DNA of 64,000 bases from positions 5,655-69,654 of the forward strand of contig CAZQXN010000001.1 in NCBI GenBank assembly GCA_964597545.1, given 5' to 3'. Within the stretch, counting starts at the first letter, position 1, and each line of letters opens with the position of its first letter. The stretch is from an uncultured Planctomycetia bacterium (lineage in GTDB: Bacteria; Omnitrophota; Gorgyraeia; 1-14-0-20-64-10). The translations under genes and the position numbers were made by a program. The notes below the pieces were generated by a model. That model saw only the letters and a list, made by a program, of their open reading frames with translations, did not search any database and was not told where the DNA came from. This document shows positions 11,172-20,766 of this stretch, in pieces.

Positions 11172-11930
11172 TTAAGTCTTCTTGCTGTGTGACGCCTCTG
11201 TAAAAGCTCTTAAGACATCTATCGGCAGAGGAAAGATGGTGGTGGTGTTATTCGTCTTGCCGATCTCAACCAAGGTCTGCAGATAGCGCAGCTGCAGCGC
11301 CATGGGGGCCTCCTGCATCTTCTCTGCCGCCTGGCAGATCCGCTCAGCCGCTTGGAACTCCCCCTCCGCTGAGATCACCTTGGCCCGGCGCTCCCGCTCG
11401 GCTTCGGCTTGGCGGGCGATGGCCTTCCTGAGCTCCTCAGAGATGTCAACATCCTTGACCTCAACGTTGGAGACCTTGATCCCCCAAGGATCGGTCTGTT
11501 TGTCGAGAATGGTCTGAAGCATCTCGTTGATCCGGTCCCGCTTGGCGAGCAGATCATCCAAATCCATTTGTCCCACCACCGAACGCAGGGTGGTCTGTGC
11601 CATCTGGCTGACCGCGTAGGCGTAGTTCTCCACCTCCACAATGGATTTGATGGAATCGACCACCCGGAAGTAGCAGACTGCGTTGATCTTGACCGATATG
11701 TTGTCCTTGGTGATGATGTCCTGCGGGGGGACATCCATGGTCACGGTTCTCAGGTTCACCGTAACCGCCCGGTCGATCGGCCAGAAGATGAGGACCAATC
11801 CCGGCCCCTTGGGCTTGCCCAACACGCGCCCCAACCGGAAGATCACCCCGCGCTGATACTCGTTAAAGATCTTGATGCAGTTGGCGAGATAAAGCACAAC
11901 CAAGAAGATCAACAACCCCGGCCCTGTCAT
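11172..11930 (-). CDS. SPFH/band-7 (stomatin-like) protein
   Basis: N-terminal TM helix followed by the SPFH core (RVTMDVPPQDIITKDNISVKINAVCYFRV). Forms the classic NfeD pair. Confidence 0.85.
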   Translation of the reverse strand: MTGPGLLIFLVVLYLANCIKIFNEYQRGVIFRLGRVLGKPKGPGLVLIFWPIDRAVTVNLRTVTMDVPPQDIITKDNISVKINAVCYFRVVDSIKSIVEVENYAYAVSQMAQTTLRSVVGQMDLDDLLAKRDRINEMLQTILDKQTDPWGIKVSNVEVKDVDISEELRKAIARQAEAERERRAKVISAEGEFQAAERICQAAEKMQEAPMALQLRYLQTLVEIGKTNNTTTIFPLPIDVLRAFTEASHSKKT

Positions 11931-11933
11931 CGC

Positions 11934-13337
11934 TTATCCTCCCTTTTTTACTTTAAGTACCATGCCGTCAAGCTCCACAATCCGGACCTTCTGGCCCTTG
12001 CGGATCTGCGCCTCTGATACGGCATTCCACAGCTCACCATGAACAAAGACCTTGCCCTCCTTGCCGGAAGTTAGCGCAGTGCGCGCGATACCCATCTCAC
12101 CTACCAAACCTTCCGGCCCGCCGACTTTTTTCCTCTGGCGGGAAGCCAGGGCCGCTTGAATCAAGAAGAGGGTGATCACCGCCGTTGCCCCGGAGAAGGC
12201 AAAGATGAGACTCCTTGAAACCTGTACCAGCTCCTGCGGAGCATCAAAAAGAATAAAGGAACCCAGCACCATGCAGGTCAAGCCCCCCAGGGTCAGCAGT
12301 CCAATCCCAGGGACCATCACCTCAGCAATGAAGAGGGTGCCGCCCAAAAGCATCAGGGCTAAACCCGCATAGTTTGTCGGAAGCATCTGCATCCCAAAGA
12401 AGGCCAGGATCAGGAAGATGGCACCCGCCACGCCGGGAACTCCAATCCCGGGATGGGTCACCTCAAAGAGCAGCCCGTAGAACCCGAGCATGAGCAAGAG
12501 ATAGGCAATGTTGGGGTCGGCCAAGACATTGAGGATCCGCTGCCTAAAATCCATCTGAATCACCTGAAGGGGTACCTGCTGGGTGCGAAGGGTCACGGTT
12601 CGACCCCCTAAGTCCACACCGCGGCCGTCGAGCTGTTCCATAAGGGCTGCGCGATCCTTGGCGATGAAATCAATGACCCCTTGCTCCAGCGCCTCGTCGG
12701 ATGAGATGGAGACGCTCTGTCGCACAGCGGACTCAGCCCACTCGGCATTGCGTCCCCGCTCGGCAGCAATGCCTTTGATGAAGGCCACGGTATCCTCCAG
12801 GATTTTCCCCGCTACAACATCCCCTGCCTCCTCTGGTTTGGGTTCTTCCTGGTCCTGGCCGCGGATCGTCCAGTTCTTCTTGTCCCCCTTCTTCCGGAGC
12901 GCATCCTTGCCCTTCTCCAACCACCCGGGCCGGCGCTGCCCTCCCATCTCAACCGGATGGGCCGCCCCGATGTTGGTTGAAGGGGCCATGGCCAGCAGGT
13001 GGCTGGCATAGGAGATAAAGACCCCGGCCGATCCGGCCCGAGATCCTTGAGGGGCGATGTAGACCACCAGCGGAATGCGAGCTGCCAGCATCCTCTTAAC
13101 AATCAAACGGGTGGAGCTTAAGAGCCCGCCGGGTGTATCCAGCTCAATCACCAGGCAGAGCGCTTGAGCCTCTTCTGCTCGGTCAATGGCCTGGATGATG
13201 TAGTCAGCGGTAACCGGGTTGATCGACTGGCCATCGATTTGAATGAGGTGTGCCTCTTCGGCCCAGGCTAAACCCTGCCCCACACCAAAAGAGAGCAACG
13301 CACAGAGGGCTAAGAGGAGGCGGATGCGGGTCATCAT
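11934..13337 (-). CDS. NfeD-family membrane-bound ClpP-class serine protease (long form)
   Basis: Start set at MMTRIRLLLALCALL, a signal peptide. ClpP-like domain, TM segments and a C-terminal OB domain. Sits upstream of the stomatin gene. Confidence 0.8.
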   Translation of the reverse strand: MMTRIRLLLALCALLSFGVGQGLAWAEEAHLIQIDGQSINPVTADYIIQAIDRAEEAQALCLVIELDTPGGLLSSTRLIVKRMLAARIPLVVYIAPQGSRAGSAGVFISYASHLLAMAPSTNIGAAHPVEMGGQRRPGWLEKGKDALRKKGDKKNWTIRGQDQEEPKPEEAGDVVAGKILEDTVAFIKGIAAERGRNAEWAESAVRQSVSISSDEALEQGVIDFIAKDRAALMEQLDGRGVDLGGRTVTLRTQQVPLQVIQMDFRQRILNVLADPNIAYLLLMLGFYGLLFEVTHPGIGVPGVAGAIFLILAFFGMQMLPTNYAGLALMLLGGTLFIAEVMVPGIGLLTLGGLTCMVLGSFILFDAPQELVQVSRSLIFAFSGATAVITLFLIQAALASRQRKKVGGPEGLVGEMGIARTALTSGKEGKVFVHGELWNAVSEAQIRKGQKVRIVELDGMVLKVKKGG

Positions 13338-13546
13338 GATGCAGCGGGCGGAAGAGGGCTCTTTTCCTCTCGGCAGCACTCTGGGGTGCCGCAGTTGCGG
13401 ACTTGCATTTGAACAACACATCCGCTTTTGTCCAAGGTGGCCTCGAACTCCGCCCTGCAGCCGGTGCAGACCCACCGGTCTTCCGGGTTGGCCGCAAGGC
13501 GGCTGCCGCAGAAGAAACAGTGCCAGCGGCTTTCGTGCTGCTTCAC
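13334..13546 (-). CDS. small Cys-rich zinc-ribbon protein (hypothetical)
   Basis: CFFC...CTGC pairs. 4-bp overlaps with both neighbours suggest translational coupling in an operon. Confidence 0.4.
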   Translation of the reverse strand: MKQHESRWHCFFCGSRLAANPEDRWVCTGCRAEFEATLDKSGCVVQMQVRNCGTPECCREEKSPLPPAAS

Positions 13547-14952
13547 GTCGCAGCCTCCCGCACAGCAAAGAGACGCTCTCCGTCATCGATTAAGATCGTC
13601 CAGCGCGCCTGAGCTTCGGGTTCCAGCAGATCCCACTCCCGGTGGCCGATAAAGCAGTAGCGGCGCACATAGCGCGTAGCCCCCAGGAATTCGCCATAGT
13701 GCGGCCAGTTGTGGGCGCTGGTGACCCGTGTAATTGCATCGGAATAGATGAGGAGGGAGGCCACATCCTGTCGGACCACAACGACCTGGCCGGGCGCCTG
13801 TCTGACGATCGGATCGATCAGAGGGGCCCAGCGTACGCTCACTTCATAGCGCGCAGGGTGCACCGAGATCGGAGAGAAAGCCAGCCCCACCGCTGCAATG
13901 AAAGCCAAAGCGGTTGTGCCCCAGAACAGGCGCTGCTTCCAAAGGTTAGAGATCCACCGATCGCAGGCCAGCCCCACCCACAAGGCCGTGGCTGCATAGG
14001 TCGGCAGGATATAGTAATGGACCTTGTGGTGTGCCAGAGAGAAACCCAGCGGAAAGGCCACCGCCCATAAGAAGATCAGCAGCCATCTGGGTTCCTCTGC
14101 TCGACGGATCTTCCCCCAAGCCAACCATCCTCCTGCCAGCGCCAACGGCAAGAAATACCAGTATTTATCCAGGATCGCCCAACCGTAGTAATACCAGGGG
14201 GTCAGCGACTCCCTGCGCTGCAGCAGATGGCTAAAGTTCTGCGCATAGTAGTTGTTCCAGAGGGTGTCCTGATAGAAAAGCTGTTCCGCTCCCATCCAGG
14301 CTAACACCGGCAGGATCGCTACCGCCCAAGCCGCTAAGAAGGCCGGTTGAATCAGCTCTCTCCAGTTGCGCCGCAGCACCAGGTAAGCAACCGCTGCCAC
14401 CAGGGGCACCAACCCCACAAACTCCTTGGTCATGATCGCCCCGAAAGAAGCTGCACCGGTCAAGAGGTACCACCGCTTGGAGCCCTTTGCAGCTAAGGCC
14501 AATCCCACAAAGGCCCAAGTGATAAAGGCGATAAGCGGCAAGTCCGGCCGGCACTGGCGCGCAATCTTCATCACATGATCGGTCAGCAGGAAGCCCATCC
14601 CTGAAAACCACCCCACCCAGGGGCCCGCCAGAGTCCTCCCCAGTACAAAGATTCCCCCCACCGCCACTAGGGTCATGACGCTTGAGAAGAGCTTGGCCAC
14701 CGCAGGGGTCACTCCGAACCATTGAAAGAACAGAGCCGTTGGCCAGATCGTCATTGGGAAGTGCCAGTAGTGCGGGGTGTTGGTGACCGGATCAAAGGGA
14801 AGCAGCCACCGGTTGGAGAGGGCAATCTCCCTGGCCACCGCGGCGTAATGGATGCCGTCGACATCCAGAGAGGGGGCGTGGGCCTGAATAAAGACTGCAA
14901 GGTAGGTCACGCCCAGAAGGGCAAAAAGCATGTATTTTTCAGAAAGTTTCAC
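13543..14952 (-). CDS. GT39/GT83-like (PMT_2/ArnT-like) membrane glycosyltransferase
   Basis: 469 aa polytopic protein with the ArnT/PMT-like N-terminal loop architecture. Confidence 0.6.
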   Translation of the reverse strand: MKLSEKYMLFALLGVTYLAVFIQAHAPSLDVDGIHYAAVAREIALSNRWLLPFDPVTNTPHYWHFPMTIWPTALFFQWFGVTPAVAKLFSSVMTLVAVGGIFVLGRTLAGPWVGWFSGMGFLLTDHVMKIARQCRPDLPLIAFITWAFVGLALAAKGSKRWYLLTGAASFGAIMTKEFVGLVPLVAAVAYLVLRRNWRELIQPAFLAAWAVAILPVLAWMGAEQLFYQDTLWNNYYAQNFSHLLQRRESLTPWYYYGWAILDKYWYFLPLALAGGWLAWGKIRRAEEPRWLLIFLWAVAFPLGFSLAHHKVHYYILPTYAATALWVGLACDRWISNLWKQRLFWGTTALAFIAAVGLAFSPISVHPARYEVSVRWAPLIDPIVRQAPGQVVVVRQDVASLLIYSDAITRVTSAHNWPHYGEFLGATRYVRRYCFIGHREWDLLEPEAQARWTILIDDGERLFAVREAAT

Positions 14953-16322
14953 TCGATTCCTTTGAGGCCGGCAACGAGGTTCGAGGCGGTCGCCTTGGCG
15001 TCTCCGAAGAGCATCCGGGCATTGGGGTGATAGAAAAGTGGATTCTCCACACCGGCAAACCCGGTCCTGAGGCTCCGTTTGATGATGATGATATTCTTGG
15101 CCCGGTCCACGTTTAAGATCGGCATTCCATAGAGGGGGCTGGATGGATCGGTACGGGCAGCCGGGTTGATCACATCATTGGCCCCAAGAACCAAGGCCAC
15201 GTCGGTCACGTCAAATTCAGGGTTGATCCGCTCCATCTCGTAGAGCTTGTCGTACGGCACATTGGCCTCAGCCAAGAGTACATTCATGTGGCCCGGCATG
15301 CGCCCGGCCACCGGATGGATAGCATACTTGACCTCCACCCCCTTGGCTTCCAGCATATCGGTCATCTCCTTAATGGCATGCTGGGCTTGAGCCACAGCCA
15401 TCCCATAACCCGGAACCACTACAACCATCTTGGAGTAGGCCATCAACACCGCCACATCCTCTGCGGTGACCTCCCGAACGGTTCGTTCCCCTTCTCCAGC
15501 ACCGGCGGCCACCTCCCCGCCTTTGACTCCGACGGCCCCGAAGAGTACATTCGCGAGGGAGCGGTTCATCGCCTCGCACATGATGCGTGTCAAGATCAGG
15601 CCCGAAGCCCCCACGAGGGACCCTGCAATGATCAGCATCTGGTTGTACAACACAAAACCGGTACAGGCGGCAGCCACACCCGAGAGGGAGTTCAGGAGCG
15701 CGATCACAACCGGCATATCTGCCCCGCCGATTGGAATCACAATTAAGACCCCCCAGACCAGAGCAAGGCCCAGAAGGGGATAGAACAGATAAGCACTGGC
15801 TGGATTCATCACGACAGCCACCGACAACCCCAGCAAAGCAATCAAGAGTGCGATGTTGAATAGATTCTGCCCGGGATAGGTGATGGGGCGGCCGGTCATG
15901 AGCTCCTGCAGTTTGGCAAAGGCGATGAGGCTTCCGGTTAAGGTGGCACCTCCTACTGCGATACTGGCCATGATGGCAATCATCACATCCAGGGATTTGG
16001 CGATGGGGCGCAGGTGCTCTGCCCAGGCCACCAGCATCGAGGCCCCACCCCCCAACCCGTTTAAGAGGGCTACCATCTGCGGCATTGCAGTCATCTTGAT
16101 GAGCCGAGCTGCCGCCACGCCTATAAGAGAGCCAACAATCAACCCTGCGATGATCATCGAGAAGTCGACGATCTGCCGATCGAGGAGGGTAACGACAATG
16201 GCCAGCAGCATGCCGACCGCCCCCATGAGATTGCCCCGGCGGGCAGTCGCAGGAGAGGAGAGCTGCTTGAGCCCCAAGATAAAGAGGCTGGCCGCAACGA
16301 GGTAAAGGAGGGTAGTAATCAT
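14949..16322 (-). CDS. pntB: NAD(P) transhydrogenase subunit beta
   Basis: Membrane domain plus the C-terminal NADP(H)-binding dIII (VVVPGYGMAVAQAQHA...HPVAGRMPGHMNVLLAEA). Confidence 0.9.
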   Translation of the reverse strand: MITTLLYLVAASLFILGLKQLSSPATARRGNLMGAVGMLLAIVVTLLDRQIVDFSMIIAGLIVGSLIGVAAARLIKMTAMPQMVALLNGLGGGASMLVAWAEHLRPIAKSLDVMIAIMASIAVGGATLTGSLIAFAKLQELMTGRPITYPGQNLFNIALLIALLGLSVAVVMNPASAYLFYPLLGLALVWGVLIVIPIGGADMPVVIALLNSLSGVAAACTGFVLYNQMLIIAGSLVGASGLILTRIMCEAMNRSLANVLFGAVGVKGGEVAAGAGEGERTVREVTAEDVAVLMAYSKMVVVVPGYGMAVAQAQHAIKEMTDMLEAKGVEVKYAIHPVAGRMPGHMNVLLAEANVPYDKLYEMERINPEFDVTDVALVLGANDVINPAARTDPSSPLYGMPILNVDRAKNIIIIKRSLRTGFAGVENPLFYHPNARMLFGDAKATASNLVAGLKGIE

Positions 16323-16600
16323 TTCTTTTTCTTGAACATCTGAAGCATGCGATCGGTGACCAAGAAACCGCCCACCACATTCACCATGGCCAGCGCCACC
16401 GCGATCACCCCCAGCAGACCCGCGAGTCCAGCATCTGCACGGCCGGCTGCCAAGAGGGCTCCAACGATGGTGATGCCGGAGATGGCATTCGACCCTGACA
16501 TCAGCGGCGTGTGCAGAATGGCCGGAACCTTGGTGATGACCTCAAAACCGATAAATACAGCCAAGACAAAAACAGTGACCGCGGTCAGGAAGGGTTCCAT
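16319..16600 (-). CDS. pntAB: NAD(P) transhydrogenase subunit alpha part 2 (membrane)
   Basis: Start at MEPFLTAV, followed by three TM helices typical of PntA-II. Start overlaps the pntAA stop. Confidence 0.8.
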   Translation of the reverse strand: MEPFLTAVTVFVLAVFIGFEVITKVPAILHTPLMSGSNAISGITIVGALLAAGRADAGLAGLLGVIAVALAMVNVVGGFLVTDRMLQMFKKKK

Positions 16601-17718
16601 CAGATGCGCTTCTCCCCTTGGTGCGCGACACAAGTTTCACCGATGACCTGATCTTCAAAATTGAGATTGAGCTTGCCTTCCTTGAGTAGGACCTCCAAAA
16701 AGGCAGTGATGTTCTTGGAATACATTTGGCTGGAATGAAAGGCAAGCGCGCTCGGCAGATTCAAGGGCCCCAAGATCTGAATCTGTCCGGGCAGGGTTAC
16801 GGTTTGGCCGGCCTGAGTCAGCTCACAATTGCCTCCCTGCTCGGCCGCCAGATCAACAATCACAGAACCGGGTTTCATCGCTTCTGCCATCTGACGGGTA
16901 ATCAGCCGGGGAGCCGGTTTGCCTGGAATAAGGGCCGTCGTAATCACCACATCAGCCTTTTGCAGCCGCTCGGCAATCAAGGCCTGCTCCTTGCGGTGAC
17001 TCTCCTCAGAGAGCTCCTTGGCATATCCCCCTTTGCCCTCAGCCCCCTCCAAGGTCAAACCCACAAAGGAGGCGCCGAGACTCTCCACCTGTTCTTTGAC
17101 GGCCGGTCGAACATCAAAGGCCTCAACCCGAGCACCCAAGCGCCGAGCTGTGGCAATGGCTTGAAGTCCGGCGACACCGGCGCCCAGCACAAAGACCTTG
17201 GCGGGCGTGACGGTACCAGCCGCTGTCATCAGGAGGGGGAAAAACTTAGGGGAAGCCTGTGCAGCCAAGATGGCTGCCAGGTATCCAGCCGCAGTGCTTT
17301 GTGAGCTTAAGGCATCCATCTTCTGCGCCCTGGAGATCCTGGGGACTCGCTCCATGGCAAAGGCTGTGACCTTGCGGGTAAGCAGCTTCTGAAGAAGGGG
17401 TGAGTTGGAATCTGCAAAAAGGAAGGATATGATCGCAGCACCCTCCCGGAGGAGATCGGCCTCGTGCCCTACCCCCTGACGCTCTGCCGGCCCTTGGACC
17501 TTAAGCAGCAGGTCGGCGGCCTTAAAGAGCGCAGAAGCATCGGTGGCAATCTCAACACCGGCCTTGCGGTACTCCTCATCCGGGAAACCGGCTGCCTCTC
17601 CAGCCCCTGCTTCCAGTGCCACGCGCACACCGGTCTTAACGAGTCCGGCTGCCAACTCTGGCACCAAGGCCACCCGGCGCTCACCCGGAACTGCCTCTTT
17701 GGATATCGCGATTTGCAT
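16600..17718 (-). CDS. pntAA: NAD(P) transhydrogenase subunit alpha part 1 (dI, AlaDH-like)
   Basis: Alanine-dehydrogenase/PNT N- and C-domains with the Rossmann motif VFVLGAGVAGLQAIATA. Confidence 0.9.
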   Translation of the reverse strand: MQIAISKEAVPGERRVALVPELAAGLVKTGVRVALEAGAGEAAGFPDEEYRKAGVEIATDASALFKAADLLLKVQGPAERQGVGHEADLLREGAAIISFLFADSNSPLLQKLLTRKVTAFAMERVPRISRAQKMDALSSQSTAAGYLAAILAAQASPKFFPLLMTAAGTVTPAKVFVLGAGVAGLQAIATARRLGARVEAFDVRPAVKEQVESLGASFVGLTLEGAEGKGGYAKELSEESHRKEQALIAERLQKADVVITTALIPGKPAPRLITRQMAEAMKPGSVIVDLAAEQGGNCELTQAGQTVTLPGQIQILGPLNLPSALAFHSSQMYSKNITAFLEVLLKEGKLNLNFEDQVIGETCVAHQGEKRI

Positions 17719-17863
17719 GAGACACTATGATAACCTGTCTTTGGGCAATGGGGTAAGCTGAAATTAGAGGCCAGCTCATCACCGACTGTAGGGGCCTCGT
17801 ATTGCGAGGCCCCCGCCCCTGGCGGGGGACGAAGCAATCTGACTCGAAGAAGAGGCATCTAGC

Positions 17864-18436
17864 ATGTTTGAGACCCTCAAGGCTGACTACAACCGCTATT
17901 ACAAGCTCCTGCCAGCCAGCTATGGCCGATGGCAGCGCTTTATCTTCTTTCTAACCTGCCCAGGGATGTGGGCTCTGCTGGATTATCGCTACAGGAAGTG
18001 GGCACCCTTTCGGCCCCGCTGGTTTAGGCTCATCATGATGTGGCCCATGTTCTTTTTTCACATTTGGCTGAGCGTCTTCACCGGAATTGAGATTAAAACC
18101 GGGGCCAAGATCGGCAGGGGGCTCTACATCGGCCACTTCACTGGAATCTTTATCCATTCGGATGTTGTCATGGGGGAAAACTGCTCCATCTCTCAAGGGG
18201 TGACCATCGGCTTAGGCGGCAAGGATAAAACCTACGGCGTCCCCACGGTGGGAAAGAACGTCTATTTTGGAGCGGGGGCCAAGGTGCTGGGTAAGTTCAC
18301 CATCGGTGACGGTGCTGCAGTTGGCGCCAATGCCGTGGTCTTGACCTCAGTCCCTGCGGGGGCCACCGCGGTCGGGGTGCCGGCCCGCATCATTACCGTT
18401 GAAGAGAAAGCTGCAAAGAAACGTAAGGGCACCTGA
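17864..18436 (+). CDS. hexapeptide-repeat acyltransferase (serine O-acetyltransferase-like)
   Basis: Left-handed beta-helix repeats (IGRGLYIGHFTGIFIHSDVVMGENCSISQGVTIG). Confidence 0.65.
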   Translation: MFETLKADYNRYYKLLPASYGRWQRFIFFLTCPGMWALLDYRYRKWAPFRPRWFRLIMMWPMFFFHIWLSVFTGIEIKTGAKIGRGLYIGHFTGIFIHSDVVMGENCSISQGVTIGLGGKDKTYGVPTVGKNVYFGAGAKVLGKFTIGDGAAVGANAVVLTSVPAGATAVGVPARIITVEEKAAKKRKGT

Positions 18437-18443
18437 CCCCCTC

Positions 18444-19610
18444 ATGCGGATTGGTATCATCGGCAACATCCCCCCGCCAGTGGGGGGCGCAGAGGTGCTC
18501 CTCAAAGATTTCCTCCGCCATTTCCTCAAATCCCCTCGGCAAAACTGCACTTTGGTTCGCTGGCGAAAACAGGTCTTCATGTACCTGCCGGAACGCCTGG
18601 TGCGAGTTTATGCTCCCCGCGGCACGGTCAAGCGCTTACGCGGAATGCCAATCCATTATCTCTTTGAAGCACTGGAGCGACCGGCACGCCAGCGGCGCTC
18701 CCGCTTCGAGCAGGCGCTCATCGCCCATTACACCTGCCATGGTCTTCAAGCCGCTGAGATCTTCCATAAAACCAAAGTTCAATTGGTCCACGCCCACATG
18801 CTATTCCCCAATCTCTTCTTTGCCGCCACCGCAGCCCTAGCGCTGTCGGTACCACTGGTCCTGACCATCCATGGAATGCTGGAGTTTCGGATCTTAGACC
18901 GTTTTGGCAAACTGTACCCGCTCTTTTCAGGATGGGTCAACCGGCTGATCCGCCAAGCCCACCTGGTGGTGGTTGCGAGTCGAGAGATCGGCCGTGAGGC
19001 GCGACGCAGGGGTGCCAAGCGGGTGGTCCGGCTCTCCGGCGGAATCGACACCCACTGGTATCGACCCGCCCAGGCAGTCAGCCGCCGACAAGGAATTCTT
19101 TTTGTCGGAACCGTCCGCCAGGATAAAGGGGCTGCCCTCTTGATTCAGGCCTTTGAGCGGCTGAGCAGAAAGATTCCAGATAAGCTCACCTTCATCGGAA
19201 ACCCCATCTTAAAGGGCCCGGTGATGTCTCGGGCCCGGCGCAACCCGCGCATCGTGTTTAGGGGGGTTCAAAGCCCTTCTCAAGTTCGCCATGCCCTTCA
19301 GCGGGCAAAGCTCTTGGTTCTGCCTTCCCGCAGCGAGGGACTCTCTCTTTCGGTCTTAGAGGCGATGGCCTGCGAAACGCCGGTCCTGGCCACGGCAACT
19401 GGAGAGCTTGCAACACTCATCCGCCACAACCAGAACGGTTTCCTGATTCGCCGCCGGAGCCCCCGCGGACTGGCAGATCAGATGCGAGAAATCCTAGCCC
19501 GTAAAGATCTCCCTTGCGTGGGGCGGCACGCTCGGGGTGCAGCTGTGCCTTTCGATATTCGGTCAGTCGTGAGACAATACGAGTCGCTCTACCGCAACCT
19601 CATCCGATGA
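18444..19610 (+). CDS. GT4 family glycosyltransferase
   Basis: GT-B fold with the C-terminal Glycos_transf_1 motif (EGLSLSVLEAMACETPVLAT). Start at MRIGIIGN. Confidence 0.7.
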   Translation: MRIGIIGNIPPPVGGAEVLLKDFLRHFLKSPRQNCTLVRWRKQVFMYLPERLVRVYAPRGTVKRLRGMPIHYLFEALERPARQRRSRFEQALIAHYTCHGLQAAEIFHKTKVQLVHAHMLFPNLFFAATAALALSVPLVLTIHGMLEFRILDRFGKLYPLFSGWVNRLIRQAHLVVVASREIGREARRRGAKRVVRLSGGIDTHWYRPAQAVSRRQGILFVGTVRQDKGAALLIQAFERLSRKIPDKLTFIGNPILKGPVMSRARRNPRIVFRGVQSPSQVRHALQRAKLLVLPSRSEGLSLSVLEAMACETPVLATATGELATLIRHNQNGFLIRRRSPRGLADQMREILARKDLPCVGRHARGAAVPFDIRSVVRQYESLYRNLIR

Positions 19611-20740
19611 AATCATCCCGAGCCCGTATCTTGCTGGTCCGAGACAGCTTCCCCTATTTGGGAGGCTCAAGCACCTATCTCTATTTGCTTTTTGAGACCC
19701 TCAAGAAACGTTTCCCCGCCCTCGAGTGCTGGAACATTATCACCTCTCACACCTGGAAGGTGGGCAGCCGCCATTACGGCCCCCACTGGCCCAACCCCAA
19801 GGGCTTTGACGATGTGAGAACCTTTGTCTTGGACGGCCGAAGGGGAGTCACCAAAATCCGTCATGCCCTGCGGGAAAAACCGGTCAGCGCCATCCTCTCC
19901 AAATCCAGGAAGACCTCCGCCCTCTTGAAACAGCTTGAGCCGGCTGCCACCCTCTGGCACCTCACCAGCACCTGCAGCATCATCAAATCCGGAATTGCCA
20001 CCGGACGGTTCTCCTCCATGGAGAGTGCGATCCGGCGCCTGCACACAGACGGCATCCCCAAGCGGGGTTCCTTAGAAGAGCAGGCGGCGGTCAAAGCGGC
20101 TGATCGGATCCTCTGCCACACCAATTCCATGAAGCTGTGGTACTACACCTTTTATCCGGAGCATCGGGATAAGATCGAGGATGAGGTCTTCTGGGACTAT
20201 CCCCTGCTCCAGAAGCATTTCCATCACGTGGCCACCAAGACCCTTTGGAAGAAGCGGCCGATTGATCTGCTCTTTGTGGCCAGCGATTGGCGCAGGCCCG
20301 AGAAGAATTTTCCTTTGATGAAGAAACTCTGCCAAAGCTTCCATGACAAGAAGATCATGGTGGTGGGATTCCTGCCCAAGCCCTTACCCAACGAGGTCAT
20401 TACCTTTGACGCGATGTCTCAGGAGAAGGTGGTCGAGGCCATGGGTCAAGCCAAGGTGGTGATCTGCCCCTCCCGCTACGACGAGGGACCCAATGTCCTT
20501 TTTGAGGCGGCCCTGGCCGGCTCCAACATTGTCTGCTCGCGCAACTGCGGAAATTTCCAGCTCACCCCGAAGGAGCTGCTGGCAAAGCTTGAGTTGCCGG
20601 ACTTTGTTCGCAAGGTCAAACGGGCGCTCCAGGAGCAGCGCCCGCACAATACCGCTTACTTCTCAAAGACAGAGATGGTGGCGTGGATCTGCGATCAGCT
20701 CTCAGGCAAGGGAGCGCTTGCGTCGGAAGGTTCTACGTAG
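19607..20740 (+). CDS. glycosyltransferase (GT-B, GT4-like)
   Basis: Start at MKSSRARILLVRD with an ATGA overlap to the previous gene. C-terminal motif ...CPSRYDEGPNVLFEAALAGSNIV. Confidence 0.55.
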   Translation: MKSSRARILLVRDSFPYLGGSSTYLYLLFETLKKRFPALECWNIITSHTWKVGSRHYGPHWPNPKGFDDVRTFVLDGRRGVTKIRHALREKPVSAILSKSRKTSALLKQLEPAATLWHLTSTCSIIKSGIATGRFSSMESAIRRLHTDGIPKRGSLEEQAAVKAADRILCHTNSMKLWYYTFYPEHRDKIEDEVFWDYPLLQKHFHHVATKTLWKKRPIDLLFVASDWRRPEKNFPLMKKLCQSFHDKKIMVVGFLPKPLPNEVITFDAMSQEKVVEAMGQAKVVICPSRYDEGPNVLFEAALAGSNIVCSRNCGNFQLTPKELLAKLELPDFVRKVKRALQEQRPHNTAYFSKTEMVAWICDQLSGKGALASEGST

Positions 20741-20766
20741 GATGTCATCCTCGACTGGATCGAGGA

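Noticed and set aside
15370-16380. 336-aa Cys/Arg/Gly-rich ORF on the minus strand
   Set aside because: Alternative-frame translation inside pntB. Low-complexity composition and no start-context support.
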